64,000 bases of DNA from contig CBFIDD010000002.1 in NCBI GenBank assembly GCA_965661285.1, positions 32,001 through 96,000 on the forward strand, read 5' to 3'. This document shows, piece after piece, positions 1 to 11,600 of this stretch (the first letter of the stretch is position 1; each line of letters begins with the position of its first letter). Origin of the DNA: Poseidonia sp. (GTDB taxonomy: Archaea > Thermoplasmatota > Poseidoniia > Poseidoniales > Poseidoniaceae). The position numbers were made by a program, and so were the translations under genes. The notes under the pieces were generated by a model that had not been told where the DNA came from, did no database searches, and was given only the letters and a program-made list of their open reading frames with translations.

Positions 1-15
1 CGTCGATGGGCGATT

Positions 16-1146
16 GTGCTTGGGCAAGACGCAGGTGGTGCGGTTGGTGGTCCGAGAATCATCATTCACTGCGACTTGGATGCGTTTTTTGCAGCGGTTG
101 AAACCCTTCACCACGGCTTTGACCGCGATGTACCTTTGATCATCGGTTCAGATCCGAAACAGGGACGGGGTCGCGGCATCGTTTCTACCTGTAATTACGC
201 GGCGCGCGTCTACGGAATACGTTCGGCCATGCCCGTTTCCGAGGCGTGGCGCCGGTGCCCTGCAGCGCCGTTTGGCCCGGCCATCTTCATCCGAGGAACA
301 CGTGGCCTCTACAGCCGAGCGAGTCGAAAAGTCATGGCGGTTCTTTCGGAAATGGCGGACCTGTTTGAAAAGGCGAGCATCGATGAGGCCTATCTCGATG
401 TGACGGAGCGAGTAAACGGGGATTGGGATGCAGCACTCGCCCTTGCAAATATTCTGCAGCAGCGTATCTTTGAAGCGGTCGAGTTGACGGCTTCTTTTGG
501 CATCGGGCCAACTCGTCTCGTGGCCAAGATGGCGAGTGAGGTGAACAAACCCAACGGAATCTTTCGTGTTATGCCTGACGAACTGCAGTCGTTTTTCGAG
601 GGTCGCTCTCTCCGAGATATCCCGGGGATTGGACCAAAACGCGCAACCCAGTTGGCAGAGTGGGGCTACACAACGGCCGACGAGCTTTACGGTTTGGGTG
701 AACTTTCCCTTGCAAGGCTCGCAGGTGAGCGATTTGCTGCTTGGTTTGTGCGAGTTGTTGATGGAGAAAGCAGTTCGGTTGTCAGTCCTCTGCGGAGTCG
801 GAAATCCATTGGGAAAGAGCACACGTTTGAACGCGACCAAGAGGACCATCAACACGTGGTGGAGCGCCTCGAACAATTGGTATCGTTGGTCATGGAACGG
901 GCTGCACATCTCGGTGTGTCTGGTCGGTTGGCTGAAGTCAAAATTCGCTACACGGGATTTGAAACCCATACCGCTGGCCGGAGCATACCGGTGGCGATGG
1001 ACGAAACGTCGGTGTTCAAGCGGCTGGCGAACGGGTTGTTTGCCACCAGTGTTCGCCCGGATTCAACCGTGCGCCTCATCGGGTTTCGTTTGGGGCAGTT
1101 AGAGATGCCAGCATTCCGTCAGTCCACGCTGTTTGAGGAAGAATAG
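16..1146 (+). CDS. dinB: DNA polymerase IV (Y-family, DinB/Dpo4)
   Basis: Motifs IIHCDLDAFFAAVE, STCNYAARVYGIRSAMP, SIDEAYLD, AKMASEVNKPNG, IPGIG and KSIGKEHTF. The frame is open to the window edge, so the start is uncertain. Confidence 0.95.
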   Translation: MLGQDAGGAVGGPRIIIHCDLDAFFAAVETLHHGFDRDVPLIIGSDPKQGRGRGIVSTCNYAARVYGIRSAMPVSEAWRRCPAAPFGPAIFIRGTRGLYSRASRKVMAVLSEMADLFEKASIDEAYLDVTERVNGDWDAALALANILQQRIFEAVELTASFGIGPTRLVAKMASEVNKPNGIFRVMPDELQSFFEGRSLRDIPGIGPKRATQLAEWGYTTADELYGLGELSLARLAGERFAAWFVRVVDGESSSVVSPLRSRKSIGKEHTFERDQEDHQHVVERLEQLVSLVMERAAHLGVSGRLAEVKIRYTGFETHTAGRSIPVAMDETSVFKRLANGLFATSVRPDSTVRLIGFRLGQLEMPAFRQSTLFEEE

Positions 1147-1148
1147 TT

Positions 1149-3641
1149 TCATTCCAACTTGTGCATGCGCGTCAGTGTTGCCGAGAACTCTCCCAGCAAT
1201 TCCGGGACAGGCGTGTCGGAGATGGGCTGGTTGAGCGAGATACCGGCTTCTTTCTTTTTGGCCCACACGTGCCCGTTGAATTCCTGCAGTGCGTGCGAGA
1301 GGCTACAGAGCCGTTCACTTTCGTCGGTGCCAAAGGCCACATCCTCGAGCGCAGGTGAAGGGAAGGCATCAACATCCACGGCCGATGTTCCGTAAACGGT
1401 GCTGGTGATGTGGTGGGTAAAGAAGGGGCAGACCGGGCTGAATGCCGCCATGAAATCACGGACAATACGGTGAAGGGTCCAAGCCGCTGCCTTGTCCTCA
1501 TCGTAAAGTCTTGATTTGACCATTTCGAGGTAGTGGCTTGGCAACAGCCCGGTTCCAAAGGTTTTGAGCGCCTGCGTCGCCGTATAGATGTCAAGATTGG
1601 ACCACGCATCGTTCACGGTGTTCATCGTGTGATGGAACTCGGCGAGGATCCAGCGGTCCTCCGAAGCGAAGGATGCGGGAGGCGTTTCAAGGTCGTCGGG
1701 AACTTCAAATTGGGACGCAAATCGGGCAACGTTGAACAATTTCGTCAACACACCGAAGTATTTCTTTTCGATTTCTTCGGGGTTGATATGGAAATCATCG
1801 CCAACTTGGGCATCACAGGCCTTCCAAAGACGGAAACATTCACTCCCGATTTTGTTTGCTCGCAGTTTCACGGAGCCATCGGGGCCCTTGACTTGCCATG
1901 CGCCGGTCCGGCCGCCAGCTCCGCACTCGAGAACCGAATCAGCATCGATGCCGTTGCCGAGGGATTTGCTCATTTTTCGTCCCCAAGGGTCCATGCCGAG
2001 GCCATCGATCCAAACGTGTTGGAATCCAGGTTGGTCGAGCACAAGTGTTGATTTTAGGAGTGTGTAGTAGAGCCAAGTCCTGACGATTTCTTTGCCTTGA
2101 GGGCGTAAGGCTGTTGGAAAGGCATTCTCAAAGATATCTGGGTGGTTGAGATAACCGCTGACAAAGAGGTTTGAGTTGGATGAATCCATCCATGTGTCAA
2201 ACACTTTTTCCTCGCCCCTGATCTGCCCGAGAGTCTCGGCGATGTCCGCAAAAGCACCCAAATCTTCTCTCGAATCTCTGTCCAGCACTCGGCTGCCCTT
2301 CGGCGGCATGTCCTTCCAGGGTTGCACGTAGGTTCCGGAGGGCGGAACGACGACCTTTGTTTCGTCTTCACTGTACCAAATTGGAATCTCAGTATGGTAC
2401 CATCGACGTCGGCTGATCGGCCAATCAATGCTGATGTTGTCCATCCAGTCGAGTAAAAATTGGCGATTGCGCACCGGATGGAAATTGATGGATTCAATGT
2501 GCTCACGCATGCGGTCTTGGATGTGGGTTTGGCGCACATACCACTCCTTGAGGAGGATGATTTCAACGGGGTTTTTTCCTCGCTCTGACACCGGGATATC
2601 CTGGTCTCGCTCAACGGCTTGAACCAGACGCCCTTCCTCTTGGAGCAGTTCGATCGCCTTTGTGCGTGCTTCGAGGACCGAAAGGCCGTGGAGAGGACCG
2701 GATACCTCCGTCATTTTGCCATCCAAATCAATGGCTTGGAACGGTGTTAATCCCAGTTCACGGAAGACGGCAACATCGTTTTGATCGCCGAATGAACACA
2801 CCATCAAGACGCCGGTTCCGAAATCTGATTTGACCGAGGGATGCTCCTGTATTGATACGGTCGTTCCGCGATCGCTGACGCCCAGTGGGAGGGTAATTTC
2901 CTGACCCACAAGGTGCTTGTAGCGAGCGTCATCCGGGTGCACGACCACCACGCCGCAGGCGCAGATCAACTCCGGCCGTGTGGTGGATATCACCAAATCC
3001 GTTCCGTCTTTGCATGTCCAACGGACATCGACAAGCTTTGTTTTTCGTGGCAAACGTTCGACCTCAGCATCTGCGATGGTGGTCCCTTCGACGGGGTCAT
3101 AGATGTTGGGGCGAAGGTCTTCGATAATGTCACCTTTCTTGAACAGGTCCACGAAAATAGACTGTGTCACGCTGCGGTAGTCTGGAGCGTCGGTCAGGTA
3201 TTCCCGAGAGAAGTCACAGGAAAGGCCGACTCGTTTTGCCGTGTTTCGCATCGCTTGTGTGAAGGATTCGATGGTGGTTTCACACAGTTGGAGGAATTCT
3301 TCCCGGTCATAGGTCTTCATTTTCCGTTTGGTGTTCTTTTCCACCGTGAACTCGATATTGATCCCGTTGCGGTCCACGCCCCACGGGAAATAGACTTCCT
3401 TGCCAAGCAAACGCTGACTCCGAGCAAGGACATCGATCATGGAATACTGGGCTACGGCACCGATGTGCCATGTGCCTGAAGGATAGGGTGGGGGGGTGTC
3501 GATGACAAACAGTTCCTTCTCACTCTCGGGGTTGAAGGCGTAGCGTCCACTGTAGGCTGCATCATCAGCGTAGTGGGCTTCTTGGATGGTCTTTTCAAGG
3601 TCAATGGACCATCGTTTTTCTGGTATTTTTGGGGCTGGCAT
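1149..3641 (-). CDS. valS: Valyl-tRNA synthetase, archaeal type
   Basis: IDTPPPYPSG..HIGA (HIGH variant), STTRPE, WPISRRR, DTWMDS, KMSKSLGN. Start moved to ATG 3641 behind a GGTGA SD. Confidence 0.93.
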   Translation of the reverse strand: MPAPKIPEKRWSIDLEKTIQEAHYADDAAYSGRYAFNPESEKELFVIDTPPPYPSGTWHIGAVAQYSMIDVLARSQRLLGKEVYFPWGVDRNGINIEFTVEKNTKRKMKTYDREEFLQLCETTIESFTQAMRNTAKRVGLSCDFSREYLTDAPDYRSVTQSIFVDLFKKGDIIEDLRPNIYDPVEGTTIADAEVERLPRKTKLVDVRWTCKDGTDLVISTTRPELICACGVVVVHPDDARYKHLVGQEITLPLGVSDRGTTVSIQEHPSVKSDFGTGVLMVCSFGDQNDVAVFRELGLTPFQAIDLDGKMTEVSGPLHGLSVLEARTKAIELLQEEGRLVQAVERDQDIPVSERGKNPVEIILLKEWYVRQTHIQDRMREHIESINFHPVRNRQFLLDWMDNISIDWPISRRRWYHTEIPIWYSEDETKVVVPPSGTYVQPWKDMPPKGSRVLDRDSREDLGAFADIAETLGQIRGEEKVFDTWMDSSNSNLFVSGYLNHPDIFENAFPTALRPQGKEIVRTWLYYTLLKSTLVLDQPGFQHVWIDGLGMDPWGRKMSKSLGNGIDADSVLECGAGGRTGAWQVKGPDGSVKLRANKIGSECFRLWKACDAQVGDDFHINPEEIEKKYFGVLTKLFNVARFASQFEVPDDLETPPASFASEDRWILAEFHHTMNTVNDAWSNLDIYTATQALKTFGTGLLPSHYLEMVKSRLYDEDKAAAWTLHRIVRDFMAAFSPVCPFFTHHITSTVYGTSAVDVDAFPSPALEDVAFGTDESERLCSLSHALQEFNGHVWAKKKEAGISLNQPISDTPVPELLGEFSATLTRMHKLE

Positions 3642-3804
3642 GTGCCTCACCTGGCCCCTCCTCGGTCACTGAGGGGGGTCCAATCCGTCGGATGTGGGGC
3701 ATCATTTCAACCCGTCGGCTCAATCATGAAAGACAACCGTCAAACGTCCATGGCGAAGGTAAGCCTTTGAAGGTCAATGGTTTCGGTGTCGTTGAGGTGG
3801 TGTC

Positions 3805-6800
3805 GTGGCTTCGGTGGATGATGCTTCAAAAACCCAGCCTCCTCAAGATACAGGTGCGACCTCTGTAGGGAATCGTCGCCTCAACGCCATCACCGAAAAG
3901 AGCCGTGCTGTGAGGAACCAACTCACTGGTCAAATGAAGGCCATTGACTCGAAGCGTACACTTGATGCGGTTCTTGAAGCCCCAAAACGTTTCAAGCGAG
4001 AATGGCAGAAAACAGGTGCGACCGGCGCCATTACCAAATTTCCGATACCCACCATCCTCGTCTTCCTCTTGCTAACAGTGTACTTTGTTTCACAGTCTGG
4101 CTTCCTCGACGGTACGCAGTTCGATGACGACCCCGATAATCCAGCGCTGAACGTCAACGGGGACTTGGAGGTCTACCTCCCGGACGGGAGCCGTGTTGCT
4201 GAATTGATCGGAAAAGTGGAGGAGGATTGGTCCACCAACGTGATGGTTGTCTACATTGAGTCGGACAAAAACAACATTACAGACCAGCGGATTCTCCAAG
4301 AGATCAGCTATGTCGAGAACATTCTCAATCCCTATCTTTCTGATGACTCCGACGACGTGATCTACATTCTTTCCCTCTCCACGGTCCTCAAAGAAGTCAA
4401 TTCAAGCGCCCCTCGCATTCGAGAAGCTGTCATCACCGAAGTTGGAGAACTTGGCTGCTCAAACAACCCCGAAGACAATTGCCCCTCGAGGGAATTTGCC
4501 AAGGAGATGAACGATGCCTTTGCACTTACCGATGACCAATTTGGTGGCTCATACGAAATTCCGAGTCAAACCACCATCGACCTTGTCGTGGGTGAGATGT
4601 ATTCGGATGAAGGCCAACCCTCAGCCGGCATGAACAAGCTTGCTCGAGATATTGAGGGCGGTGAAGACGGCGGTCCCGACGGATTGCTCGACCGTGCCAT
4701 CATGGCGATTGCAGTGACCGAAGACCGTCCTGCAAAGGACATCATTGCTGACACACAAGAAGTTCTCGACACCATCGCTTCGATGGAGCGAGCCTGCTTG
4801 TATGACGCCAACGGAAATCCGGTGGAGTCAGAGGGCATGTGCACCTGGGAAGACCTTGGGATTTCGATGGTTCTCACCGGGCCTGTCCCCATCACCAACG
4901 CCGTCACAGAATTTTCGTTCAAGTTGTTCTGGGACATCTTCCCCAAAGCGGTCGTCCTGGTTGCCCTGGGGTTGTTTGTTTTCCACTCTGACCTTCTCCA
5001 AGCCGGTTTGACGGGTATTCGCCCTCTCCAAGGTTTCAAAGTCATCGTCATTGCTGGTTTACCAACGCTCTGTGCGGTGTTTTGGACGCTGGGTCTCATC
5101 GGGGCGACGAATTACGAAGTAACGATGACGGTGATTATTGTCGGGCCCATTTTACTCGCGCTGGGCGTATCGTACGGATTACACATCACCAATCGCTACG
5201 CGGAAGAGGAGGGGACTAAGAGCGAGAAAATGCGGGCTTCGTTAAGCTCGACAGGTCGGGCTGTCTTCCTTTCGGCAGTGACCACGGTGATCGGTTTCAT
5301 CTCCCTTGTGTTCACACCGATGGCGCCCATACAAACGGTGGGAATCGCCCTTTCTGGGGGCATTGTCATCGTCTATTTCCTCACCATGTTCATGGTTCCG
5401 AATCTAACGCTCATCTTGGATTTGAAAAAGCCCAAACATCCTCCGCTGAAGGCTTTCGACGTGTTGGTTGATGTCCCGGTGAAACGTAACAAAGGGGTCA
5501 TTGGCGTCTTTGTTTTGATGATTTTACTCTCCGCAACCATCGGCCAGGCCAATGTTGAGGAAAACATTGACCTGCTCGGCATGGCGCCCGAGGGCGAATC
5601 CCCGGTCGTCAAGATGAAGCAATACAGCCGCGAATTTGAAGCCGGCCAGGTTGGTATGATCCTCGTCAACGCCAACGTGAGCGGCGATTTCAATGACGAG
5701 GATAACTCCAACGATGACCCTGTGGAAATTCTTCAAAAAATTGACAATTTGGAAGCCTCCCTCAACACCGTAGAAAACACCACGGCGGTTTCGGTTGTGT
5801 TCTTGATGAAAGCCTCAGGTGTCCAAATCACGGTCTCCGGCGAGGGCTTGAACGAATTGTTTCAACTCATTCCGTGTGCCGGTAATGAACAGTGCGAGGA
5901 TGTGAAAACCACCGCAAATGTGCTCCTGAATCAGAGCCAAGCCCTCGACGGTTCGTTTTGGGACTTGTTGAACGACCCCGATGCTTTCGGTCTTCCGGGT
6001 TCCCAACAAAGCCAAATTTTCCTTTTGGACGTCTTTTACGCCTCACTGACAAAAGAAACTCGTGAAATCTTCGTGAGCGAGGACTTCAGTCGCTCTCTGA
6101 TTTACGTTGACATGCCGTTCATCCCTGTTGCCGATACTGCGAAAAGTGTGGATTCGGTCAACGACAAGGCGGCCACGTTCCAGGGTCGTTATGGGGAATC
6201 AGCTGAAGAACTGACAGGTGTGGCCGCAACAGCCATTGAAGTCAACGAACTCATTGTCGGGTCGCAGTGGACATCGCTTGGCTTTGCCATTATTTTGACC
6301 CTCATCACGCTCGCCATCGTGTTCAGAGACATTCGCTATTCAATTTGGACAACGTCACCCGTTATTGCTACCGTGGCTCTCCAATGGTTGGTCATGTGGC
6401 GGATGGACGTCCCACTCTCGTTGGTCACGGTCATGATCGGCTCTATTTTGGTCGGCGTGGGTGTTGACTTCTCAATCCACATTGCCAACCGTATACGCGA
6501 GTTGGGTGGGGGCATACAGGCCATTCGAAGTGCGGCCGTCGGCACGGGGATGTCGTTGTTTGAAGCAGCCGTGGTAACATCGCTCGGTATGTTTACCGCC
6601 TATGATATTCCGATTCCGGAAATCACACCGTTCATCACGGTGATTCTCATCCTGCTGTGGGTCGCTGCTGCCAGTGCACTGATCCTCCTACCTGCCATCT
6701 TCATCACCCTCGAAAAGATGGGTATCGGTGCGGTCAGTGGCGGCAATAACATGGCGAAAAAATTGGGTCTCATCCGCGCCAATACGGCTGCTGAAGACGT

Positions 6801-6843
6801 GATGGACGCCGCTTTGGTTGAGGATGTGGTCGACGCGTGGTAA
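3805..6843 (+). CDS. RND/MMPL family transporter
   Basis: Two repeats of 1 TM + large extracellular loop + 5 TM; LGVSYGLHITNRY and GVGVDFSIHIANR motifs. Confidence 0.88.
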   Translation: MASVDDASKTQPPQDTGATSVGNRRLNAITEKSRAVRNQLTGQMKAIDSKRTLDAVLEAPKRFKREWQKTGATGAITKFPIPTILVFLLLTVYFVSQSGFLDGTQFDDDPDNPALNVNGDLEVYLPDGSRVAELIGKVEEDWSTNVMVVYIESDKNNITDQRILQEISYVENILNPYLSDDSDDVIYILSLSTVLKEVNSSAPRIREAVITEVGELGCSNNPEDNCPSREFAKEMNDAFALTDDQFGGSYEIPSQTTIDLVVGEMYSDEGQPSAGMNKLARDIEGGEDGGPDGLLDRAIMAIAVTEDRPAKDIIADTQEVLDTIASMERACLYDANGNPVESEGMCTWEDLGISMVLTGPVPITNAVTEFSFKLFWDIFPKAVVLVALGLFVFHSDLLQAGLTGIRPLQGFKVIVIAGLPTLCAVFWTLGLIGATNYEVTMTVIIVGPILLALGVSYGLHITNRYAEEEGTKSEKMRASLSSTGRAVFLSAVTTVIGFISLVFTPMAPIQTVGIALSGGIVIVYFLTMFMVPNLTLILDLKKPKHPPLKAFDVLVDVPVKRNKGVIGVFVLMILLSATIGQANVEENIDLLGMAPEGESPVVKMKQYSREFEAGQVGMILVNANVSGDFNDEDNSNDDPVEILQKIDNLEASLNTVENTTAVSVVFLMKASGVQITVSGEGLNELFQLIPCAGNEQCEDVKTTANVLLNQSQALDGSFWDLLNDPDAFGLPGSQQSQIFLLDVFYASLTKETREIFVSEDFSRSLIYVDMPFIPVADTAKSVDSVNDKAATFQGRYGESAEELTGVAATAIEVNELIVGSQWTSLGFAIILTLITLAIVFRDIRYSIWTTSPVIATVALQWLVMWRMDVPLSLVTVMIGSILVGVGVDFSIHIANRIRELGGGIQAIRSAAVGTGMSLFEAAVVTSLGMFTAYDIPIPEITPFITVILILLWVAAASALILLPAIFITLEKMGIGAVSGGNNMAKKLGLIRANTAAEDVMDAALVEDVVDAW

Positions 6844-6881
6844 GCGTTGAGTCCATAGACCCCTTTCGTCTCCCCACAACC

Positions 6882-7352
6882 ATGAACCACTGGTTGATGA
6901 AATCCGAGCTGGATGTTTACCCATATTCTCAACTTGTTGATGACGGTTGGACACACTGGGACGGGGTGCGAAATTATCAGGCACGTAACATGATGCGAGA
7001 CGACATGAAGGTCGGCGATCTTGTTCTGTTCTACCACTCCAACACCAAACCGCCTCACGTTGCGGGTGTTGCGAGGGTCCGACGTGAGGGCTATGGCGAT
7101 TTTACGTCGTGGGATACCACAAGCAAGTATCATGATGAGAAATCGACCTCAGAGAATCCTCGTTGGTTTATGGTTGACATTGAACCGGTACGGGAACTGA
7201 CCATGGTCCCCCTTCAGGACATGAAAGAAAATCCGAATCTGGATGGCATGCCGCTTTTGCGACGAGGGCAACGCCTCTCGGTGCAACCGGTGAGCGAGGA
7301 GCATTTTGCTGAAGTTCTACGAATGGCTGGCGTTGATGCATCGACATTGTGA
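6882..7352 (+). CDS. EVE domain protein (THYN1-like)
   Basis: MNHWLMKSE, WDGVRNYQARNMMR, MKVGDLVLFYHSN, RLSVQPV. Confidence 0.93.
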   Translation: MNHWLMKSELDVYPYSQLVDDGWTHWDGVRNYQARNMMRDDMKVGDLVLFYHSNTKPPHVAGVARVRREGYGDFTSWDTTSKYHDEKSTSENPRWFMVDIEPVRELTMVPLQDMKENPNLDGMPLLRRGQRLSVQPVSEEHFAEVLRMAGVDASTL

Positions 7353-7365
7353 ATGAGGTGCTTGA

Positions 7366-8592
7366 ATGACCAATCCCGTCCCGGTGTCTTCTCGAGCGGC
7401 CAACATTGAGTACGCCATACGGGATGTTGTCGTGCCGGCTGTTGAACTTGAGGCACAGGGTCACAACATCATCAAACTGAACATCGGCGACCCTATTGCC
7501 TATCCTGGTTTGCCGACCCCGCCCCACATGGTTGATGCTTACGTTCAGGCCTTGAAGAGCGGCCATAACGGGTATTCACCGTCCTATGGATTGCCTCAAC
7601 TCCGTCAGGCCATTGCCGAGGATGAGCGCCGGAAAGGGTGGGATGCGACGCCCGACGATATCTATGTCTGCCACGGCGTCACAGAAGCCCTACAACTCCT
7701 CTTCGCTGCCGTGCTTGAGGAGGGCTCCAAAGTATTGGCTCCAGGCCCCCACTATCCGCCGTACATGGCCTATCCTCAAATGTACGGAGGTGAGACCGTT
7801 GAATACAAACTTCAGCAAAAGGACGGCTGGAAACCGGATTTTTCCGACATCGCCTCAAAGATGGACGATGATGTTCGTTTGTTGGTCCTCATCAATCCCA
7901 ACAATCCTTGCGGGACGGTGTGTGGCCCTGAGGATGTGGACGCCCTCTTGACCATCGCCAGCGAGTATCCAAACTGTATCGTCGTCGCTGATGAGATCTA
8001 CGACGGTCTTGACTTCACGGGCCGGCATGTCTCGGTTGCGAGCCGGAGTTCTGAGGTTCCAGTGATTGCGCTCAACGGTGTATCGAAGGTCTACTATGCC
8101 CCCGGGTGGCGTATTGGATACATGGCGCTCCACGATCCAGCGGGGAGACTCGGTCTGGTCAGGGACGGGCTTGAACGATTACTTCGCTCTCGATTGTGTG
8201 CTTCAACACCTGCCCAGCTGGGGTATCTAGCAGGTTTGAACGGGGACCGGTCGTGGATGGAAACCTACGCTCGGAAAGTGAAGAACCAACGCGACCACTG
8301 TATGAAGCGAATTTCCCAGATCGATGGATTGGAAGTGGAGCAACCCGGTGGAGCTTTCTACATGTTCATCCGGTTGACGGACAACCAGTGGGCTTCGGAC
8401 GACAAAGCGTTTGTCTTGCGCTTGCTTCACGAGGAGCATGTTTTGTTGGTTCACGGCAGTGGTTTCTCACCAGAATTGGGCCGGGGCCATGTTCGTTTGG
8501 TCTATCTTGCCGATGTTGACGTGCTCGACGAAGCCTTCGACCGCATGGATCGGTTTTTGCGAAAGCACCGTTTGAACGGGGCAGTGTCGTAG
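7366..8592 (+). CDS. PLP-dependent class I/II aminotransferase (alanine aminotransferase AlaA-like)
   Basis: IEYAIRD, LNIGDP, INPNNPCG, ADEIYD, SKVYYAPGWRIG (PLP Lys). Confidence 0.9.
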   Translation: MTNPVPVSSRAANIEYAIRDVVVPAVELEAQGHNIIKLNIGDPIAYPGLPTPPHMVDAYVQALKSGHNGYSPSYGLPQLRQAIAEDERRKGWDATPDDIYVCHGVTEALQLLFAAVLEEGSKVLAPGPHYPPYMAYPQMYGGETVEYKLQQKDGWKPDFSDIASKMDDDVRLLVLINPNNPCGTVCGPEDVDALLTIASEYPNCIVVADEIYDGLDFTGRHVSVASRSSEVPVIALNGVSKVYYAPGWRIGYMALHDPAGRLGLVRDGLERLLRSRLCASTPAQLGYLAGLNGDRSWMETYARKVKNQRDHCMKRISQIDGLEVEQPGGAFYMFIRLTDNQWASDDKAFVLRLLHEEHVLLVHGSGFSPELGRGHVRLVYLADVDVLDEAFDRMDRFLRKHRLNGAVS

Positions 8593-8600
8593 GAGATTTC

Positions 8601-11600
8601 ATGAATCCTTGTTGCGAGGGTTGGTCCATGAGCCGCCTTTCATGGCTTGCACTCACAGGTGTTTTGGGGGTGGTGAACCTTGCCACTGCCTCGGCCGCCA
8701 CGGTGTCGACATCGTCCGGTTTCACGACGTCGATGCTCGTGCCCTTGCTGAGTGCGCTCCTGATCGCCTTCTTTGTACGGCGGTGGTTCATCCCTCAGCA
8801 GTTGAAAAATTTGCAGGTCGCCTTTGAAATTGACGATGACCTCTACGAAGTTCATCGACTCACACGGACGCTGCGAGACTCGAGACGCTTGTTGAACACC
8901 GGTCGAGTTGGCTACGGTGTTCTGTTGTACATGATGGGGCTCACCGGCGTCCTCATTCTCATCGCAGAACTGTTGTTTGACGCCGCCGTATTTTCGCAAT
9001 TTAACCTCTACATTGTTGCGGTTTTGATCCTGATTCCCGTGGTCATTTCACCCTGGGAAACGCTGAACAGTCAACTTTCAGGTCGGAATAGAGAAGTGCG
9101 GTCTTCACTGACTGCAGATCTAATTCGGCGCCTCTTTACCTTGGCGTTCTTGGGCATTACGACCGTCCTGGTCTTGGCATATGGATATCGACTCAACGGC
9201 ACCCTCACGCCGACGTGGATTGCCTTTGCCATGTTGACCTTTATGTCCCCCACCATCTTCGCCTACGGTCGTATCATGGGCGCCTCTTGGAACATGCTTT
9301 TGATCAATAAATGGCGCACCGCCCGTGGGAGGAAAAATCCAATCGATCCGGATAAGAACGGATTTATCGGGCGATTGTTTTCCTTCCTCCTCGTTCTCTT
9401 CCTCATGACCATGCCCATCACGGCGTTGAACGGCATTTTGACCGTTGTCTACGTCATGATCAACAATCCTCCCAATGCGGAAGAAGTTCTCAATTACGGC
9501 GGAATTATCGGATATTCGCTCTTTTTGCGGATTGATGCGATATCAGAATTTCTCTTTCACTGGGAGTTCATCAAATCGCTCCCGCAATTCCTTTCCCTTT
9601 ATCTTACAATGAACATTGCCATCGTTGGATTAGCGTTCATTTTCGAACTGACGCGCAACTTGATTCTCGGTGGACAATCCTTCGGCGGAATGTTCGGTGT
9701 TACGCTTGATACGCCCCGTGAAATACGGGCAGAAAAAAATGCGCAAGCGCGTCAACTCACCTTTGCTTTTGCCGGATTTTCGGGATACACCGTCTTGCTT
9801 TTGATCTTGGTATGTTACAAAGAATTTGGTGGGCTCATGCCCCTCACCGCAACGCTCGAAGCCAATGATTTCGATGAAGGCATGCGTCTGTTGACCGTTT
9901 GGCTCTTTATTGCCGTTGGCCAATTGGTTTTCTTGATGACCTGGCTCGTCTCCATCAGCCGCTTTGGCCACCTAAAAAATCTCCGATTTGACTTGAATCC
10001 CGACGAGCGCCGTGAAGGTGCTGTCCGTCTCGCGGGTGGAGACAAACTCCAAAATCTTGTGGAAAACGCTGCCTTCAACGAGGATTTGGACATGCTCTTA
10101 CGCATCCAAACACACGATTTCCCGGGTGATCAAGCCCTCATTCGGCAAGAGCAATCACGTGCATCCATGTGGGAGAAAGCCCTGCGTGGACTTTGGCCTC
10201 AGGCCATTGAGGAGAGTCGCAAACTCTTGGCGCAGACGGGTGGAGATAACGATGAGGCGAGGATGATCATCGCCACGGGCTACATGGCACTGCGTCGCCT
10301 TGATGCCGCACGGGAAGCCCTTCACGGTCTGCAACAACCCGAGGGCTACGACGAACCTGAAATTTTGTCATTTATTTGTGAATGGCTTGACCCCTGGAAC
10401 GGTTCGGTGTCTGAGGATGACTTGTGGGATTGGGAAAACAATTCGGCCATCGATCATCTGCAAGTCCTCCAAAACATGATGCGAACTTGGAAGCCCCGGC
10501 CCAAGGAAATGATGGTGCACAACGACAAACTCTCTCAAACGGGCCAACTTTCAATGGTGGCCTTGTTGAGGGCTCAGCGTCGATACGATGAAGCGCTTGA
10601 ACTTGCGTTGTCATTGGTCCGCTCGGATCCCATAGGTGTCCGCCCGCGGGTTGCCGTGGCTCTCTGCCTCATTGATACGGGGCAGTGGCACGATGCGAAA
10701 ACGATTCTTGACGAACTCATGAAAAGCGATGGCAAAGACCCTAGGGTTCTCGCCTTGGCCGTCATCTTTGGATACGGCACAAAAGGCCGGGAGCACATGG
10801 AAGTCTCCTTGGTTTTTGATGATGCCAAGGATACGAAAAAATGGATGGATGCTGCCCCCGTGAATGCCTATGCTGCACTTCTCCAGAACGGTGGATTGGA
10901 CGAGGCTATGAATGCCAACGTCATGATTGCAGCCCATGAAGCAACACGTCGAGCGATGCCGCCGAGGTTTTCTGCTGGTATTCTCTCCAACATTTTCCAG
11001 TACCTTGTGCTCATTCCAATGTGGTTTGTTATCGGAATTCTTACCTTTCAGGAAGTGGGTCAAACAGAGGGGTTGTCGGTATTGGGTGGGCTTCTCTTCC
11101 TGCACTTTTCATACCGCCGCATCATGCGGCAACAGGAACATCAAATCAAACATCGAGATCAGCGTGGAATGATCAAATATGCACGACGACTTCGCAGATT
11201 CAAAGCGACTCCAGACGCCAGCAACATCCCCATTGGGAATCATTTGCTTCTCGGGGGCATCTTGGTCACTGTCAACGGCGTCGTTCTGGACATTGGCTTC
11301 CCCGCATGGCTTTTTGAACGGCTTCCAAAAGAGTCGGACAAAAAAATCCGAAGCAAACTTCGTCGGCGTAGCCTGCGTTTGGAAAAGGGACGCACGCCTC
11401 GGGTATCTACGCTTGGCAAAGCATGGTGGTTAAAGCGACCCAAAGAACATGCAGAGTCCGGTCCCATGCTTGAACGAACCATCGGTCCCGTGGCTTATCG
11501 CGGCCGGACCAATTACATCCGAAAGAAAGAGGCCCAATCGCTCAACGACGCAGCACAAGGGAAAGAGACACCGCTGCAAAAGCGGTTTATCCCTCGCAAC

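Noticed and set aside
3653-3680. GC-rich hairpin upstream of valS as a T-box or attenuator
   Set aside because: The stem relies on G-T pairs on the plus strand that become mismatches on the valS strand; no T-box consensus.
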